Below, piece after piece: positions 28,037 to 38,660 of a stretch of DNA of 64,000 nt. Every line of letters begins with the position of its first letter. Within the stretch, counting starts at the first letter, position 1. Made by a program: the position numbers and the translations under genes. The stretch is from an uncultured Gammaproteobacteria bacterium (GTDB lineage: Bacteria > Patescibacteriota > Microgenomatia > UBA10105 > UBA927): NCBI GenBank assembly GCA_964596355.1, contig CAZQTD010000001.1, forward strand, positions 4,446 to 68,445. Direction: 5' to 3'. The notes under the pieces were generated by a model. The model did not search any database. It saw only the letters and a list, made by a program, of their open reading frames with translations, and was not told the origin of the DNA.

Positions 28037-28390
28037 ATGCTTCCCAGTTCTTATCGCCTACCCTCCCGAGAGTTCCCCTCGCTTCTTAAACGCGCAAAGC
28101 GCCTGCATAAGCCGGAACTAAGTCTTTTGTACAATAAAAACAACAACGACACGCCCCGCTTTGGCTTTGTGGCCTCCTCAAAAGTCGATACTCGAGCAGC
28201 GGTGAGAAATAGAATCAAACGGTTGCTTCGAGAAGCAACAAAGTGTATAAAAGATAAAATAACTAGAGGTTATGATTGTGTGTGGGTTGCCCGTCCCGGG
28301 ATACAGGGTCTTTCGCAAAAAGACATTGAAGACAAGGTAATTGCCTTATTGTGTCGGGCTAAAATAATTAATTCTTCGCCGCACGCATGA
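28037..28390 (+). CDS. rnpA: RNase P protein component
   Basis: [10 protein letters not shown]...[13 protein letters not shown]. Confidence 0.93.
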   Translation: MLPSSYRLPSREFPSLLKRAKRLHKPELSLLYNKNNNDTPRFGFVASSKVDTRAAVRNRIKRLLREATKCIKDKITRGYDCVWVARPGIQGLSQKDIEDKVIALLCRAKIINSSPHA

Positions 28391-28623
28391 AAACAGTGCT
28401 TCTGTCAGCAATTCGTTTTTATCAGCGCTACCTGTCGTTTGACACAGGCCTTGCCAAGCGTGTGTTTTTGACTGACAAAGCGTGTCGATTCACTCCGACC
28501 TGCAGCGAGTATACATACCAGGCAATCGATCGCTATGGTATAATCAGAGGGTTGTGGCTGGGTGTGCGTCGAATCATTCGATGCCACCCCTGGGGCGAAG
28601 GAGGATACGATCCTGTAGGATAA
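28387..28623 (+). CDS. yidD: Membrane protein insertion efficiency factor
   Basis: [10 protein letters not shown]...RCHPW..GGYDPV. Confidence 0.95.
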   Translation: MKTVLLSAIRFYQRYLSFDTGLAKRVFLTDKACRFTPTCSEYTYQAIDRYGIIRGLWLGVRRIIRCHPWGEGGYDPVG

Positions 28624-28680
28624 ATACATTCTGAATCCTAAATTTTAAATCCAACAAAACACGTTTGGATTGTAATACGC

Positions 28681-29589
28681 ATGACCAATCCCAATCTCTG
28701 GAATCAACTACTCATCTGGCCGATCGTCAACCTCTTGGTGGCGTTTTATAAGTTGTTTGAGTGGCTGCACATCCCCGGGCCGCTTGGATTTGCGGTTATT
28801 TTGTTAACGGTTGCTATTCGTCTCATCCTCTACCCTCTTATGGCGGCACAGCTAAAGAGCGCGAAAAAAATGTCAGCGCTCAAGCCGCAGTTAGATGAGC
28901 TGGCAAAAAAACACAAAAACGACAAGCCAGCGCTTCAGCAGGCACAGCTTGCCTTGTACAAACAACATGGCGTTAATCCGGCCGCCGGATGCCTGCCGCT
29001 ACTAGTTCAAATGCCTGTTTTGATTGCGTTATACAACGTGTTTTGGCAGGTGCTCAACAATGGGAACATGCAGAAAATTGTAGCTGACATTAATAGCGTG
29101 GTCTATCACCCCGCGCTCAAAGTGCACAGTTTGGACTTAACATTTTTTGGCATCAATTTGGGCATAAAACCTAGCCAATATCAATCACATGGTTACTGGC
29201 TTTTGCTGGTTCCCCTCGTTACAGCCGCGCTTCAGTGGTGGCAGGGTCGGTTGATGGTGCCGGCAAAAACACATCCGATCAATCAAGCCAATCCGACCAG
29301 CGGGATGAAGAACAAACAAGCGTCGGGCAAACAAAGTGAGCAAAAGAAAGAAGAAAAGCCGCCAGAGGATACTGCTGCAGACATGCAGAAACAAATGGCA
29401 ATGATTACCCCTATTATGTTTGGGTGGTTTGCATTTCAGTTCCCATTGGGACTTGCGCTTTACTGGAACGTGTTTGGGCTTTTTGGTATTATACAACAGC
29501 TTCGCATAAATTTAGACAACGCAAAAGCGAATAACCCTGACCATCATAAAAATGACGGAAACCATTATGGAACACGCAGACGTCGTTAA
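28681..29589 (+). CDS. yidC: Membrane protein insertase
   Basis: GVNPAAGCLPLLVQMP, GLALYW; synteny. Confidence 0.94.
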   Translation: MTNPNLWNQLLIWPIVNLLVAFYKLFEWLHIPGPLGFAVILLTVAIRLILYPLMAAQLKSAKKMSALKPQLDELAKKHKNDKPALQQAQLALYKQHGVNPAAGCLPLLVQMPVLIALYNVFWQVLNNGNMQKIVADINSVVYHPALKVHSLDLTFFGINLGIKPSQYQSHGYWLLLVPLVTAALQWWQGRLMVPAKTHPINQANPTSGMKNKQASGKQSEQKKEEKPPEDTAADMQKQMAMITPIMFGWFAFQFPLGLALYWNVFGLFGIIQQLRINLDNAKANNPDHHKNDGNHYGTRRRR

Positions 29590-30022
29590 GCAGACAACAG
29601 AAGACCTTTTAAGGCGACTTGGGATTGACGGATCGGTTGCGGTGGCTATTGACGAAACAGACGCGTTTCGCGTGCACATTGAGACAAAAGAAACGGGACT
29701 CCTCATTGGTTTTCACGGGCGAACACTTGAAAGTTTTCAGATTGTTTTGGGGCTCCTTGTTTCTAAAAAACTCGCATCGTGGGTCAAGGTGTACGTCAAT
29801 GTAGGCGACTACCGCGAGAAGCGCGAAGAAACGCTGATGTTGATGGCGCAACGCGCAGCGGATCAGGCGCTCATTCAGGGAGCGCCGGTAGAAATCGCAA
29901 ACCTGTCTGCTTCCGAGCGACGCGTGATTCATTTAACGCTAAGCGGTGACGAGCGCGTGAAGACAGAATCGGTTGGCGAAGGACTCCGCCGCACGCTTCT
30001 TGTAAAACCTAAGAATTCGTGA
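29552..30022 (+). CDS. jag: Jag/EloR KH-R3H RNA-binding protein (short form)
   Basis: GLLIGFHGRTLESFQ, ERRVIH, TESVGEG. Confidence 0.9.
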   Translation: MTETIMEHADVVKQTTEDLLRRLGIDGSVAVAIDETDAFRVHIETKETGLLIGFHGRTLESFQIVLGLLVSKKLASWVKVYVNVGDYREKREETLMLMAQRAADQALIQGAPVEIANLSASERRVIHLTLSGDERVKTESVGEGLRRTLLVKPKNS

Positions 30023-30035
30023 TAGATAATGCCTG

Positions 30036-31382
30036 ATGTCCCTTCATCGGGTGTTTTTTTACCTTCTTGTACTTTTTCTTCCGACCCAGCTGGGCAAACA
30101 CTTCTGGCCCGAGTGGAGCATGGTGCTCGGCAGGCGCGTGGACTACCTCTCCCCCACGCTGTATGCTACAGATATCCTAATTGTTTTGACGGTACTGTGT
30201 TGGTTTATAGAAATCGTATTACAAAAGAGAAAGATAGCATTATGGATGCTCTCGGGATTTTACAATACCAGATACGTGCTTCCGTTTGCGGTGCTGGGGG
30301 TGATAAACATATTGATTGCTTCAAGCAAACCCGTTGCTTTCTACGCGTGGGCGAAAGTCGCAGAGTATGGGCTTCTTGCCTTCTATGTAGTTAAAACAAG
30401 GCCTCGCGCATCACGTGTTTCGCTCCTCTTATCGCTTGCGGCGCTGTATTCTTCTGCAATCGCGATCGTGCAATTTATGCTCCAGCGGTCTATTGGCGGG
30501 CCGTTGTGGTGGCTGGGCGAGCGCACATTTGATACAAGTACTCCCGGCATTGCAAGGATTGATCTTTGTCTGCCACGAAACGAGCTTCGCAATTACGGCT
30601 GTCAGCAAGTTCTTCGCCCGTACGCCACATTCCCCCACCCTAACGTTCTGGGAGGATTTTTGGCTGCTTTCGTGCCGCTTCAAATTGCCACACTGCTGAA
30701 GCGTTGTGGCCCCGCACGCTTCTCGCTGTCGCTGCATTCTTTTCAACAGCGACACAGCGAGGCAGTACACCAATTGATGCGCAGTATTAAAGAACCGACA
30801 ACCCTGTACACGACAGGTGTTATCATTGTTGGACTGACGGCTTTGCTGTTAACGTTCAGCCGCGGCGCATGGATAGCTGGTATCGTTGGAATAATCATGG
30901 TTGTTGCCAGTCATGTGTACAAAAAAACCAGACATGTCGAGCTTCTGTTTTTCGGTGCATTCTTTTTCATGGCGCTTGTTGTCTTTCTATTTTTGGGCGA
31001 CAGCGAGTCGGTAGTCGTCCGCCAGCGGTTAAATACGGGTGCCCTTCAGCAATGGATGAACTCTCCGGTTTTCGGGGTGGGTTTGGGAAATTTCCTCGTG
31101 CAATTGCCCAAAACACTTCTGTCTCGCACAATGTATTTTTTGCAGCCGGCACACAATATCTATCTTCTTGTGCTGGCGGAAACAGGCGTCACAGGACTTG
31201 TTGCATTTTTTGGGGTCTTGTGGGGCGCGATACGGCAGAACAGAAAACACCCCTTTTCTCCCTTTCGGGCGCCGCTTGCTGTGTACCTTGCGCTTGGCTT
31301 AATCGATCATTACCCGGTGACACTTCAACAAGGGCAATTGCTGTTGACGATTCTCGTCGCGCTTTCTACAATGGCTCCATGA
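30036..31382 (+). CDS. O-antigen ligase family protein
   Basis: RPYATFPHPNVLGG, TFSRGAW, GVGLGNF, PAHNIY. Confidence 0.85.
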   Translation: MSLHRVFFYLLVLFLPTQLGKHFWPEWSMVLGRRVDYLSPTLYATDILIVLTVLCWFIEIVLQKRKIALWMLSGFYNTRYVLPFAVLGVINILIASSKPVAFYAWAKVAEYGLLAFYVVKTRPRASRVSLLLSLAALYSSAIAIVQFMLQRSIGGPLWWLGERTFDTSTPGIARIDLCLPRNELRNYGCQQVLRPYATFPHPNVLGGFLAAFVPLQIATLLKRCGPARFSLSLHSFQQRHSEAVHQLMRSIKEPTTLYTTGVIIVGLTALLLTFSRGAWIAGIVGIIMVVASHVYKKTRHVELLFFGAFFFMALVVFLFLGDSESVVVRQRLNTGALQQWMNSPVFGVGLGNFLVQLPKTLLSRTMYFLQPAHNIYLLVLAETGVTGLVAFFGVLWGAIRQNRKHPFSPFRAPLAVYLALGLIDHYPVTLQQGQLLLTILVALSTMAP

Positions 31383-32692
31383 AAGGCGCCCCACTTGTTT
31401 TGCGGGCCACACACATTGTAATTGCATGGAATACGCTCGTCCAGCTCGTTGGACGCGCAATCAGCGCCGTAGTCATGCTTGTTATTACCATTCTTCTTGC
31501 GCGGCGATTTGGCGCAACCAGCTACGGCGATTTTGTAAAAATTACGACGTTCGTCGGATTTTTTTACCCCCTCGCGGATTTCGGCTTAAACGCAATGTTT
31601 TTGAAGCGCGGCGATGATTGGTCTGTGCTTTTGGGTGCGCGACTGTTCGGTGGGTTGGCGTTTCTATTTGTAAGCCTTGCCGCGTTGGCGTTTCTCCCTC
31701 ATGGGACAATACAAGGATACACACCGCTTGTTCGTTTGGGTATTCTTGTATTATCGCCGACTATCATTTTTCAGGCACTTACGACGTCAGCCAATGCCCT
31801 ATTTCAAAAACACCTGCGCTACGAGTTGGCAACCGTCGCAGTGGCGGCAGGGTCGCTCGCTGCGCTCGTTTTAATGTGGCTGACGACGAGCGCAGCAACC
31901 GCTTCGGCTGGCACCATAGGAGGCGTAATGGCGATTTTTACTGGCAGCGCAATAACGGCTCTTGCTAGTGTTGCGCTTGCCGCCCGCCTACACAAAGGAC
32001 TGTCAGTTGCGTTAAGGCCGTCTCGCATGTGGGGCCTTTTCGCATCGAGTAGTCCGCTGGGAGCAACCCTTGTGTTTAACCTTGTGTATTTTCATGTTGA
32101 CAGCATCATTCTCGCGCTGTCTCGCCCGACAGCAGAGGTTGGCATCTATGGACTAGCATACAAAATTTTTGAGCTTCCGCTTGTGATTCCAACGTTTTTT
32201 ATGAACGCAGCCTATCCGATCATGGTGACAGCGATACAAAATAAAAATAACAGGATGCGCAGCAATTTTATATCTATGGTTCACCGTTCGCTGGTGTTTT
32301 TGGTTCTGATTTCTTTTTTCTTCTCTGTGGGTATGTGGTTGGCCGCCCCTCTTCTGGCGCTCATCAAGCCTGATTTCTCACAAAGCGTTCCTGCGTTTCG
32401 CGTCTTGTCGTCCGGATTTGTATTATTTTTTGTTTCATCATTAACCATGTGGTCGCTTATTGCGCTTAACAAAACAGTGGCGCTTGTTTTGATTTACGGC
32501 GGGGGCATGATTGTCAACGCTATTCTTAATGCACTGCTTGTTCCTCTATACGGATACATGGCTGCGGCGTGGATCACCGTGGGAAGTGAGGCAATTGTCC
32601 TTATGGTTTCTGCTTTTGTTTTACGGCGGTATATGCGTGTCCCGCTACGCGGCGAGGCTGTGAGTATCCCTAAGGCAACGGAGTTGCCGTAA
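31379..32692 (+). CDS. Wzx-like polysaccharide flippase
   Basis: About 12 TM; 'LADFGL', 'EVGIYGLAYK'; start moved to ATG 31379. Confidence 0.85.
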   Translation: MKGAPLVLRATHIVIAWNTLVQLVGRAISAVVMLVITILLARRFGATSYGDFVKITTFVGFFYPLADFGLNAMFLKRGDDWSVLLGARLFGGLAFLFVSLAALAFLPHGTIQGYTPLVRLGILVLSPTIIFQALTTSANALFQKHLRYELATVAVAAGSLAALVLMWLTTSAATASAGTIGGVMAIFTGSAITALASVALAARLHKGLSVALRPSRMWGLFASSSPLGATLVFNLVYFHVDSIILALSRPTAEVGIYGLAYKIFELPLVIPTFFMNAAYPIMVTAIQNKNNRMRSNFISMVHRSLVFLVLISFFFSVGMWLAAPLLALIKPDFSQSVPAFRVLSSGFVLFFVSSLTMWSLIALNKTVALVLIYGGGMIVNAILNALLVPLYGYMAAAWITVGSEAIVLMVSAFVLRRYMRVPLRGEAVSIPKATELP

Positions 32693-32784
32693 CGAATTAA
32701 AATACGCGTTAAGAAAATGCGGGCGGTCTGCTGACCGTCGAAACGATGAGTTTGGGCTTATTAGAAATTGGTAAACAGAAGTGT

Positions 32785-33249
32785 ATGAAAGTTGTTATCC
32801 ATACCGATGGAGGAGCGAGAGGAAACCCGGGCCCTGCCGCGGTGGGAGTCGTGATAGAAATGCCGGTGATGGAAAACAACACATGGACGATGAAAACCGT
32901 GTGTGAATTTGGCGCTTTGATAGGGGAGGCGACGAATAATGTTGCGGAGTACCAGGCGGTGATAGAAGCGCTCACAGCGCTCAAGGCTCACCTGTCAAAT
33001 CTTGACGTAGTCAAAGACAGACGACAGCTGAATGTTCATTTTTTCCTCGACTCGACACTCGTGGTCAATCAGCTCAACGGGCTGTTCAAGGTAAAAGACT
33101 CGACGCTTCGCGAGCTTCTTGCCCGCGTGCGAATGCTTGAACAGGACGTTGGAGGAGAGATTCGCTACACAAGCATTCCGCGTGAGCGCAACAGGCGAGC
33201 TGATGTTCTTGTTAACCAAGCGCTCGACAGGCTTCGCTCGCTCATGTGA
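32785..33249 (+). CDS. rnhA: Ribonuclease HI family protein
   Basis: TDGGARGNPGPAA, TNNVAEY, DSTLVVNQ, N..AD. Confidence 0.9.
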   Translation: MKVVIHTDGGARGNPGPAAVGVVIEMPVMENNTWTMKTVCEFGALIGEATNNVAEYQAVIEALTALKAHLSNLDVVKDRRQLNVHFFLDSTLVVNQLNGLFKVKDSTLRELLARVRMLEQDVGGEIRYTSIPRERNRRADVLVNQALDRLRSLM

Positions 33250-33344
33250 TATGTCGAGGTTGCTACGCAAAAAACCACTGTTCCTATGAGTTGTTTTCGG
33301 AGATTCTATTTGTCATAATAGCCTGGCGTTTTTCCATAAAATCC

Positions 33345-35828
33345 ATGAGACATCCTGCCGATAGAATAGTTTCTGAAGATCGAACATCCACAATAACAGC
33401 CCGCATTGACGCTCAGGAGGATAGTTTCGTACGGCCCATTCGGGAATACCTTGAAACAAACGGGTGTTCTGTTGTCTTAAATCCAGAAACCGATATACCA
33501 TCCGATTATCACATTGTCGCAGGCGACCTTGCGTACGTGAAAACTATTTTTTCATTACGACGGCTGCACGGCATAAAGCGGCTTGGAATTTTAGTGGGTG
33601 CAGGGCGCGCAGAGGATCTTGGAATAGACGATCCGTGGACAAAACTTCTGTGCGTTGATCCTGTTGAGTTAACCAGTGACGACACGGAAAGGTTGTTCGA
33701 ATTTTTTTTCGTCGGTCGCGAACGGGTCGTTGATAAAAGACGAAGCATACATGTTGAATTTCCCTCTGAAACACCTTCGAAGTTGACGGCCCAAGGAGTT
33801 CAGCAAGGCCAAGGCGACGCGTTCCTTTTGCAAAACGACCAGTTGCGGGTAGGGCAAATCATGAAGGACGTGTTTGGAGAATCATCTAGCACCCGGCTGC
33901 ACAAACGTGGAAGAAAACCAAAGCGACAATATGTTTGGCGGTATATCGCGGTAGCCGCGCTAGTTATTGTTATACCCGTGTTTTGGTATCTTGTAAGTCT
34001 GACGGCGAGCGCAGGCGCGCTTGCGTATTCCATGCGCGCGTTGATTCAGGGAAAGACCAAGCAGGCCGTGCGGTTTTCCCACGTTTCTACTTACTGGGTG
34101 CATCAGGGTAGATTTGTTCTTGGGGTTGCCCGGCCGATTGCAGTAGCCGTGGGTGCGGGAGACGCGATTCGACATCAGGAGCGAACCCTTTCATTTATTG
34201 AAAATCTTATTGCTGCAGGCAAAGACCTCTACGCGCTCATTGAAGGAAGCAGTGCGTTCGCATCAGTTATTGTTCCATCAGGAGGGGACACAGAAGGCCA
34301 AACGCCGGCGGCAACAGTTGAGCGTATGCGGGTGGAAATAGCATCGCTTGAAAACAATCTAGGGTTAGCCCTTGCTCAAGCAACCAACCTTCTTGGGGAT
34401 AAGCACTTCCCTTTTTCTATTGCGCTGGTGCGGCGTTTTTGCGAAAGGACAGAGGAGCAGCTTGACTCATTGCGGCGAATGGTGACCACTGCTTCTGGGC
34501 TTTTCGCTTTGTACCCTCAAATTGCCGGATACAAAGAACCCAAGCGGTATTTGGTGCTTTTACAGAACAGCATGGAGCTTCGGCCAACAGGCGGATTTAT
34601 CGGATCGCTGGGTTTGATCACGTTTGCAGACGGCAAAATGACAGAGTTTGCAATTCAAGATGTGTACGAGGTTGACGGTCAGCTCAAAGGCCACGTGGAT
34701 CCGCCAGCGCCGATTGGTGAACTGTTAGCGCAAGAACACTGGTATCTGCGCGACAGCAATTGGGACCCGGATTTTAAAGTATCTGGACAGCGCGCGGCGT
34801 GGTTTTATGAAAAAGAAACAGGTACTCGCGTACATGGCGTCATAGCAGTTTCAACACCGCTTGTCGTTGATCTTTTGAGTGCTACCGGACCCATAGAGTT
34901 AGCGGATTACAACGATCGAATATCAGCGGAAAATTTTTTCGGCAAATCACTGTTTTATACGCAGGAAAATTTTTTCCCCGGATCCACGCAGAAAAAAGAT
35001 TTTCTCGGGTCGCTTGCGCGTACGCTTATTACAAAGCTCACGACGGATACAGCGAGCAATTCCATTGCTGTTCTTCGCGCGTTTGTCTCTGCGCTTGAGC
35101 GCAAAAATATCCAGTTTATGTTTGAAGACCCGTCCGTTCAGTCGCTCGTTGAGCGTTTCGGATGGGCAGGAAGACATGTGCTTTCAGCCGCATGCACCGC
35201 ACGAGAAGGTGCTGAATGTGTTAGTGACCCCTTAAGCATCGTTGAAGCGAACATGGGTGTGAATAAGGTGAATTATTTCGTCACGCGCGCCATTGAGCGG
35301 GAGATCACGATAGACGCAAACGGCGGTATATCTGAACGAGTATTGGTTCGGTTTCGCAATGCTGCGCCGACGGGCGACACACCGCTGGTTGGATCGGCGT
35401 ATCAAGCTTACGTGCGCTTTGCTTTGCCGCCGCAAACATTGCCGCAGGATGTGGCAATTAACGGGGTGAGCATTCCGTCGCGCGATTCAAAGAAAAAACA
35501 TCTTCCAGCCGTGCCCTACGTGGAGCGCGCAGATGAAGGCGGTGACACTTTTACACTCGGCGTTGCACTCACTGTTCCTGCAGGGAGCGACACAACACTT
35601 CAGTTTTCCTACCGTAGGGACAAACCGTTGGTGTTTACCGCCGGTGGTGCGCACATGGAAATTATTGAGCGCAAGCAGCCGGGTGTCGAGGATACACCGC
35701 TTCGCATAACTATACGGTTTCCACCCTTTTGGCGGGAGGCAAACACCGTAGTTGCAAAAGATGGTGAGCTTTCGTACAATACAACCCTATCATCTGATGT
35801 AATAGCGCCTGTCACACTTGTGAAGTAA
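33345..35828 (+). CDS. DUF4012-domain membrane-anchored protein
   Basis: 'YLVLLQNSMELRPTGGFIGS', 'LRDSNWDPDF', 'KQPG'. Confidence 0.8.
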   Translation: MRHPADRIVSEDRTSTITARIDAQEDSFVRPIREYLETNGCSVVLNPETDIPSDYHIVAGDLAYVKTIFSLRRLHGIKRLGILVGAGRAEDLGIDDPWTKLLCVDPVELTSDDTERLFEFFFVGRERVVDKRRSIHVEFPSETPSKLTAQGVQQGQGDAFLLQNDQLRVGQIMKDVFGESSSTRLHKRGRKPKRQYVWRYIAVAALVIVIPVFWYLVSLTASAGALAYSMRALIQGKTKQAVRFSHVSTYWVHQGRFVLGVARPIAVAVGAGDAIRHQERTLSFIENLIAAGKDLYALIEGSSAFASVIVPSGGDTEGQTPAATVERMRVEIASLENNLGLALAQATNLLGDKHFPFSIALVRRFCERTEEQLDSLRRMVTTASGLFALYPQIAGYKEPKRYLVLLQNSMELRPTGGFIGSLGLITFADGKMTEFAIQDVYEVDGQLKGHVDPPAPIGELLAQEHWYLRDSNWDPDFKVSGQRAAWFYEKETGTRVHGVIAVSTPLVVDLLSATGPIELADYNDRISAENFFGKSLFYTQENFFPGSTQKKDFLGSLARTLITKLTTDTASNSIAVLRAFVSALERKNIQFMFEDPSVQSLVERFGWAGRHVLSAACTAREGAECVSDPLSIVEANMGVNKVNYFVTRAIEREITIDANGGISERVLVRFRNAAPTGDTPLVGSAYQAYVRFALPPQTLPQDVAINGVSIPSRDSKKKHLPAVPYVERADEGGDTFTLGVALTVPAGSDTTLQFSYRRDKPLVFTAGGAHMEIIERKQPGVEDTPLRITIRFPPFWREANTVVAKDGELSYNTTLSSDVIAPVTLVK

Positions 35829-35835
35829 TACTGCG

Positions 35836-36561
35836 ATGAAAAAACATACACTGACTGCGTCGATGAGAACCGTCGTTGGACGAAAAGTCAAATCTCTTCG
35901 AAGCAAGGGAGTTGTTCCTGCAACGATATATGGCAGAAATGTCAAAAGCGTATCGGTTAGCGTCGCGCACGACGCGTTTGCTAAAGTATATACCGCGGCG
36001 GGATCTACAGGACTTGTTGAGCTTGGCGTGGACAAGGACGTCCGCCCCGTGTTGATCCACAACGTGCAAACAGATCCGGTGACGAACGAAATCCTTCATG
36101 TGGAGTTTTTTCAGGTGGATTTGAAAGAAAAGGTTCGTACCAATGTCCCGCTTGAAGTGGCAGGAGAGGCGCCGGCCGTGACGCAAAAACTCGGTGTTCT
36201 TCTCGTCACGCTTAACGACGTTGAGGTTGAAGCGCTACCAACAGAGTTGCCGGAAAAAATTGCCATTGATGTATCAGAGCTTAGCGAAGTAGATCAGGAA
36301 ATTAAAGTGGCGAGCCTGCATGTTCCTCCCTCTGTGACAGTGTTGACCGATGCAAATCTTACGGTTGCCAAGATCGGCCCTCTGGTCACAAAAGAGGCGG
36401 AAGCGCAGGCAGCAGAAGAAGCTGCTGCCGCAGTTACTGCGCAGACTTCAGAAGAAGGCGAACAAGCGGCTGCGGAAGGATCGGGAGCGGAAACGACTCA
36501 ATCTCAAAAAGGAACAAAGAGTGAAAATACAGCACCGCCGTCCGCCGAAGATAAGAAGTGA
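35836..36561 (+). CDS. rplY: 50S ribosomal protein L25/Ctc
   Basis: LRSKGVVPATIYG, HVEFFQV, acidic tail. Confidence 0.93.
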   Translation: MKKHTLTASMRTVVGRKVKSLRSKGVVPATIYGRNVKSVSVSVAHDAFAKVYTAAGSTGLVELGVDKDVRPVLIHNVQTDPVTNEILHVEFFQVDLKEKVRTNVPLEVAGEAPAVTQKLGVLLVTLNDVEVEALPTELPEKIAIDVSELSEVDQEIKVASLHVPPSVTVLTDANLTVAKIGPLVTKEAEAQAAEEAAAAVTAQTSEEGEQAAAEGSGAETTQSQKGTKSENTAPPSAEDKK

Positions 36562-36563
36562 GC

Positions 36564-37133
36564 TTACTGACTTCGTGATTCGAGTATCGCCTGAAGTTTT
36601 TTGACAGCGTCATGATCCGGATCCAACTGGTAGGCCGCATCAAGATGTTCTTGCGCTTCTTTTCTTTCCCCAAGCTCCAACGCAAGCTGGGCAACCAAGA
36701 TGTGCGCATCTCTCCATCTAGGTTTTTCCTTTGCTTGCAGTTTCCAAAATTGAAAGTCGGCGATTCGCTTTCTGTCCTGCGCTTCCCACTCGGCAGCCAG
36801 TTTAGAGGGGGGTGTCGCAGCGCCAAGGATGTTTGGGTTCCACAGTTCTTGGGCGAGCGCAAGCTCTTTGTGCGCCTCCTTGCGTGCGCCGATGGTCCAT
36901 AGCGTGGTTGCGGCCTGCAAATGGGGGTAAAAGGCATAAGGGTTGGAGAGAAGTAAAATAGTCGGTATGACTGTGCGCGTGCGATGCTCGGCATTGGCCT
37001 GATGATTGAAGCTGAAAAGGCTTGCGAGAAGCAGCCACAGGAGAGTTTTTTCTATACGACGGAACCAGCGTCTAGTGTTCTTTGCGGAGAAAAATCGGTA
37101 AATCTGCGGGAATTTTCGTTTCAAGAAGTTCAT
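36564..37133 (-). CDS. Membrane-anchored TPR-like protein
   Basis: TM then 'PRWRDAHILVAQLALELG...AYQLDP'. Confidence 0.65.
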   Translation of the reverse strand: MNFLKRKFPQIYRFFSAKNTRRWFRRIEKTLLWLLLASLFSFNHQANAEHRTRTVIPTILLLSNPYAFYPHLQAATTLWTIGARKEAHKELALAQELWNPNILGAATPPSKLAAEWEAQDRKRIADFQFWKLQAKEKPRWRDAHILVAQLALELGERKEAQEHLDAAYQLDPDHDAVKKLQAILESRSQ

Positions 37134-37169
37134 TGTGGTATATTGTAGAGAGCCGGAGGCTAAATTGCA

Positions 37170-37880
37170 ATGCATGCCATGATAGTGGAGCTTCTCAAAA
37201 AACAATACCCTCAGGCACGTATTGCCTTGAGGTACAAAAATCCATGGGAACTGTTGGTTGCCGTGATCCTGTCTGCGCAGTGTACGGATACGAGGGTTAA
37301 TAAGGTTACACAGCGGCTGTTTTCCAAATATCAAACACTTGATGATTATGTACGCGCTTCGCTTTCAGATTTTGAGAAGGACATTAAGCCTACCGGCTTC
37401 TATCACAATAAGGCAAAAAACATTCTTGCAGCGGCGAAACGCATTAAAGAGACATTTAACGGCGCCGTGCCAAAAACCATGGAGGAGATACTAACACTGC
37501 CCGGGGTGGCAAGAAAAACCGCAAACGTGGTGCTTGGCAATGCGTACGGCATCATAGAGGGAATTGCCGTTGATACCCACGTCCTTCGATTAAGCCAGCG
37601 CCTGCGGCTTGTGGACTTAGATACAATCGGCGGCAAGAAAAAAGTTAGCTTCAAAAGGGGACGCCTTGCGAAGCTAAAAAACGGTCACGAGTCGATTGAT
37701 TACATAAAAGATGCAGACCCGGTGAAAATAGAACAGCAGCTCATGCGGGTGCTGCCGAAAAAAGACTGGTTTAAAACCACGTACCTTCTTATTGCCCATG
37801 GCAGGGCGGTGTGCAAAGCGCAGAATCCAAAGTGCCAACAGTGTGTTCTGCGAACCCTCTGTCCTGTTTCGCGCGCATAA
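37170..37880 (+). CDS. nth: Endonuclease III
   Basis: LSAQCTD, HhH LPGVARKTA, VDTHV, CX6CX2CX5C. Confidence 0.95.
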   Translation: MHAMIVELLKKQYPQARIALRYKNPWELLVAVILSAQCTDTRVNKVTQRLFSKYQTLDDYVRASLSDFEKDIKPTGFYHNKAKNILAAAKRIKETFNGAVPKTMEEILTLPGVARKTANVVLGNAYGIIEGIAVDTHVLRLSQRLRLVDLDTIGGKKKVSFKRGRLAKLKNGHESIDYIKDADPVKIEQQLMRVLPKKDWFKTTYLLIAHGRAVCKAQNPKCQQCVLRTLCPVSRA

Positions 37881-38164
37881 CAATACAGGAAGTCATAGGA
37901 ACAAGCACCATCGCGTTTCGCGTTCTGGGCGACAAACTTGCGATGGTTTTGCCCAGCGGGCGGCTCGTGCAAAAAAAGTGCAAAGAAGGAAGCGCGAGAT
38001 GATTCTGTCAATTGAGGACGTCACAGAGCATTATGGTTTAAAAAGAACGATCATATTTGGTTAATAATCTCAATGGCGTATTGTTGCGCTTTTTACTCTT
38101 TTCATTGTCGATGGTTCATGCAGGGAGAAATAACAATTCCAAAATTGAAGTTTATTTTATCGTT

Positions 38165-38593
38165 ATGAAAGCGATCTCTATGGACACCAAAGTCTTTCTC
38201 TACGAATTTATCAACAAGCGCAAGTTGGGAGTCATTGCTACGGTTGCTCCCGGCGGCCAGCCCGAGGTGGCAGTGATGGAGGTGGCTGTTACCAAGGATT
38301 TAGAGCTTATTATCGATACGTCCAACACTACGCGCAAGTACGCGAACCTCAAGAAAAACCCGCGCGTCGCAGTTGCCTTTGGCTGGGAGGCGCAGGATAC
38401 GGTGCAGTATGAGGGCGTAGCGCAGGAATTGACAGTGAAAGCGCGGGAGAAGTATCGGAGGATATTTCTAACGAAGCATCCTGACGCTAAAAAGTGGGAC
38501 GCCGATCCCACTACGATGTATTTTAAAATTACGCCCGCATGGATACGCTACACCGCCATGGACCAAGAACCGTGGGTGGTACGATTTGCATGA
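38165..38593 (+). CDS. Pyridoxamine 5'-phosphate oxidase-like (FMN split barrel) protein
   Basis: 'GVIATV..GQPE', 'RKYANLKKNPRVA'. Confidence 0.8.
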   Translation: MKAISMDTKVFLYEFINKRKLGVIATVAPGGQPEVAVMEVAVTKDLELIIDTSNTTRKYANLKKNPRVAVAFGWEAQDTVQYEGVAQELTVKAREKYRRIFLTKHPDAKKWDADPTTMYFKITPAWIRYTAMDQEPWVVRFA

Positions 38594-38660
38594 TTGTTAT
38601 TCTTACGCACCTGTGGTATTCTGGGCAGGTGTTCACGTGCTGCCTATCAAAGGAGACGCC

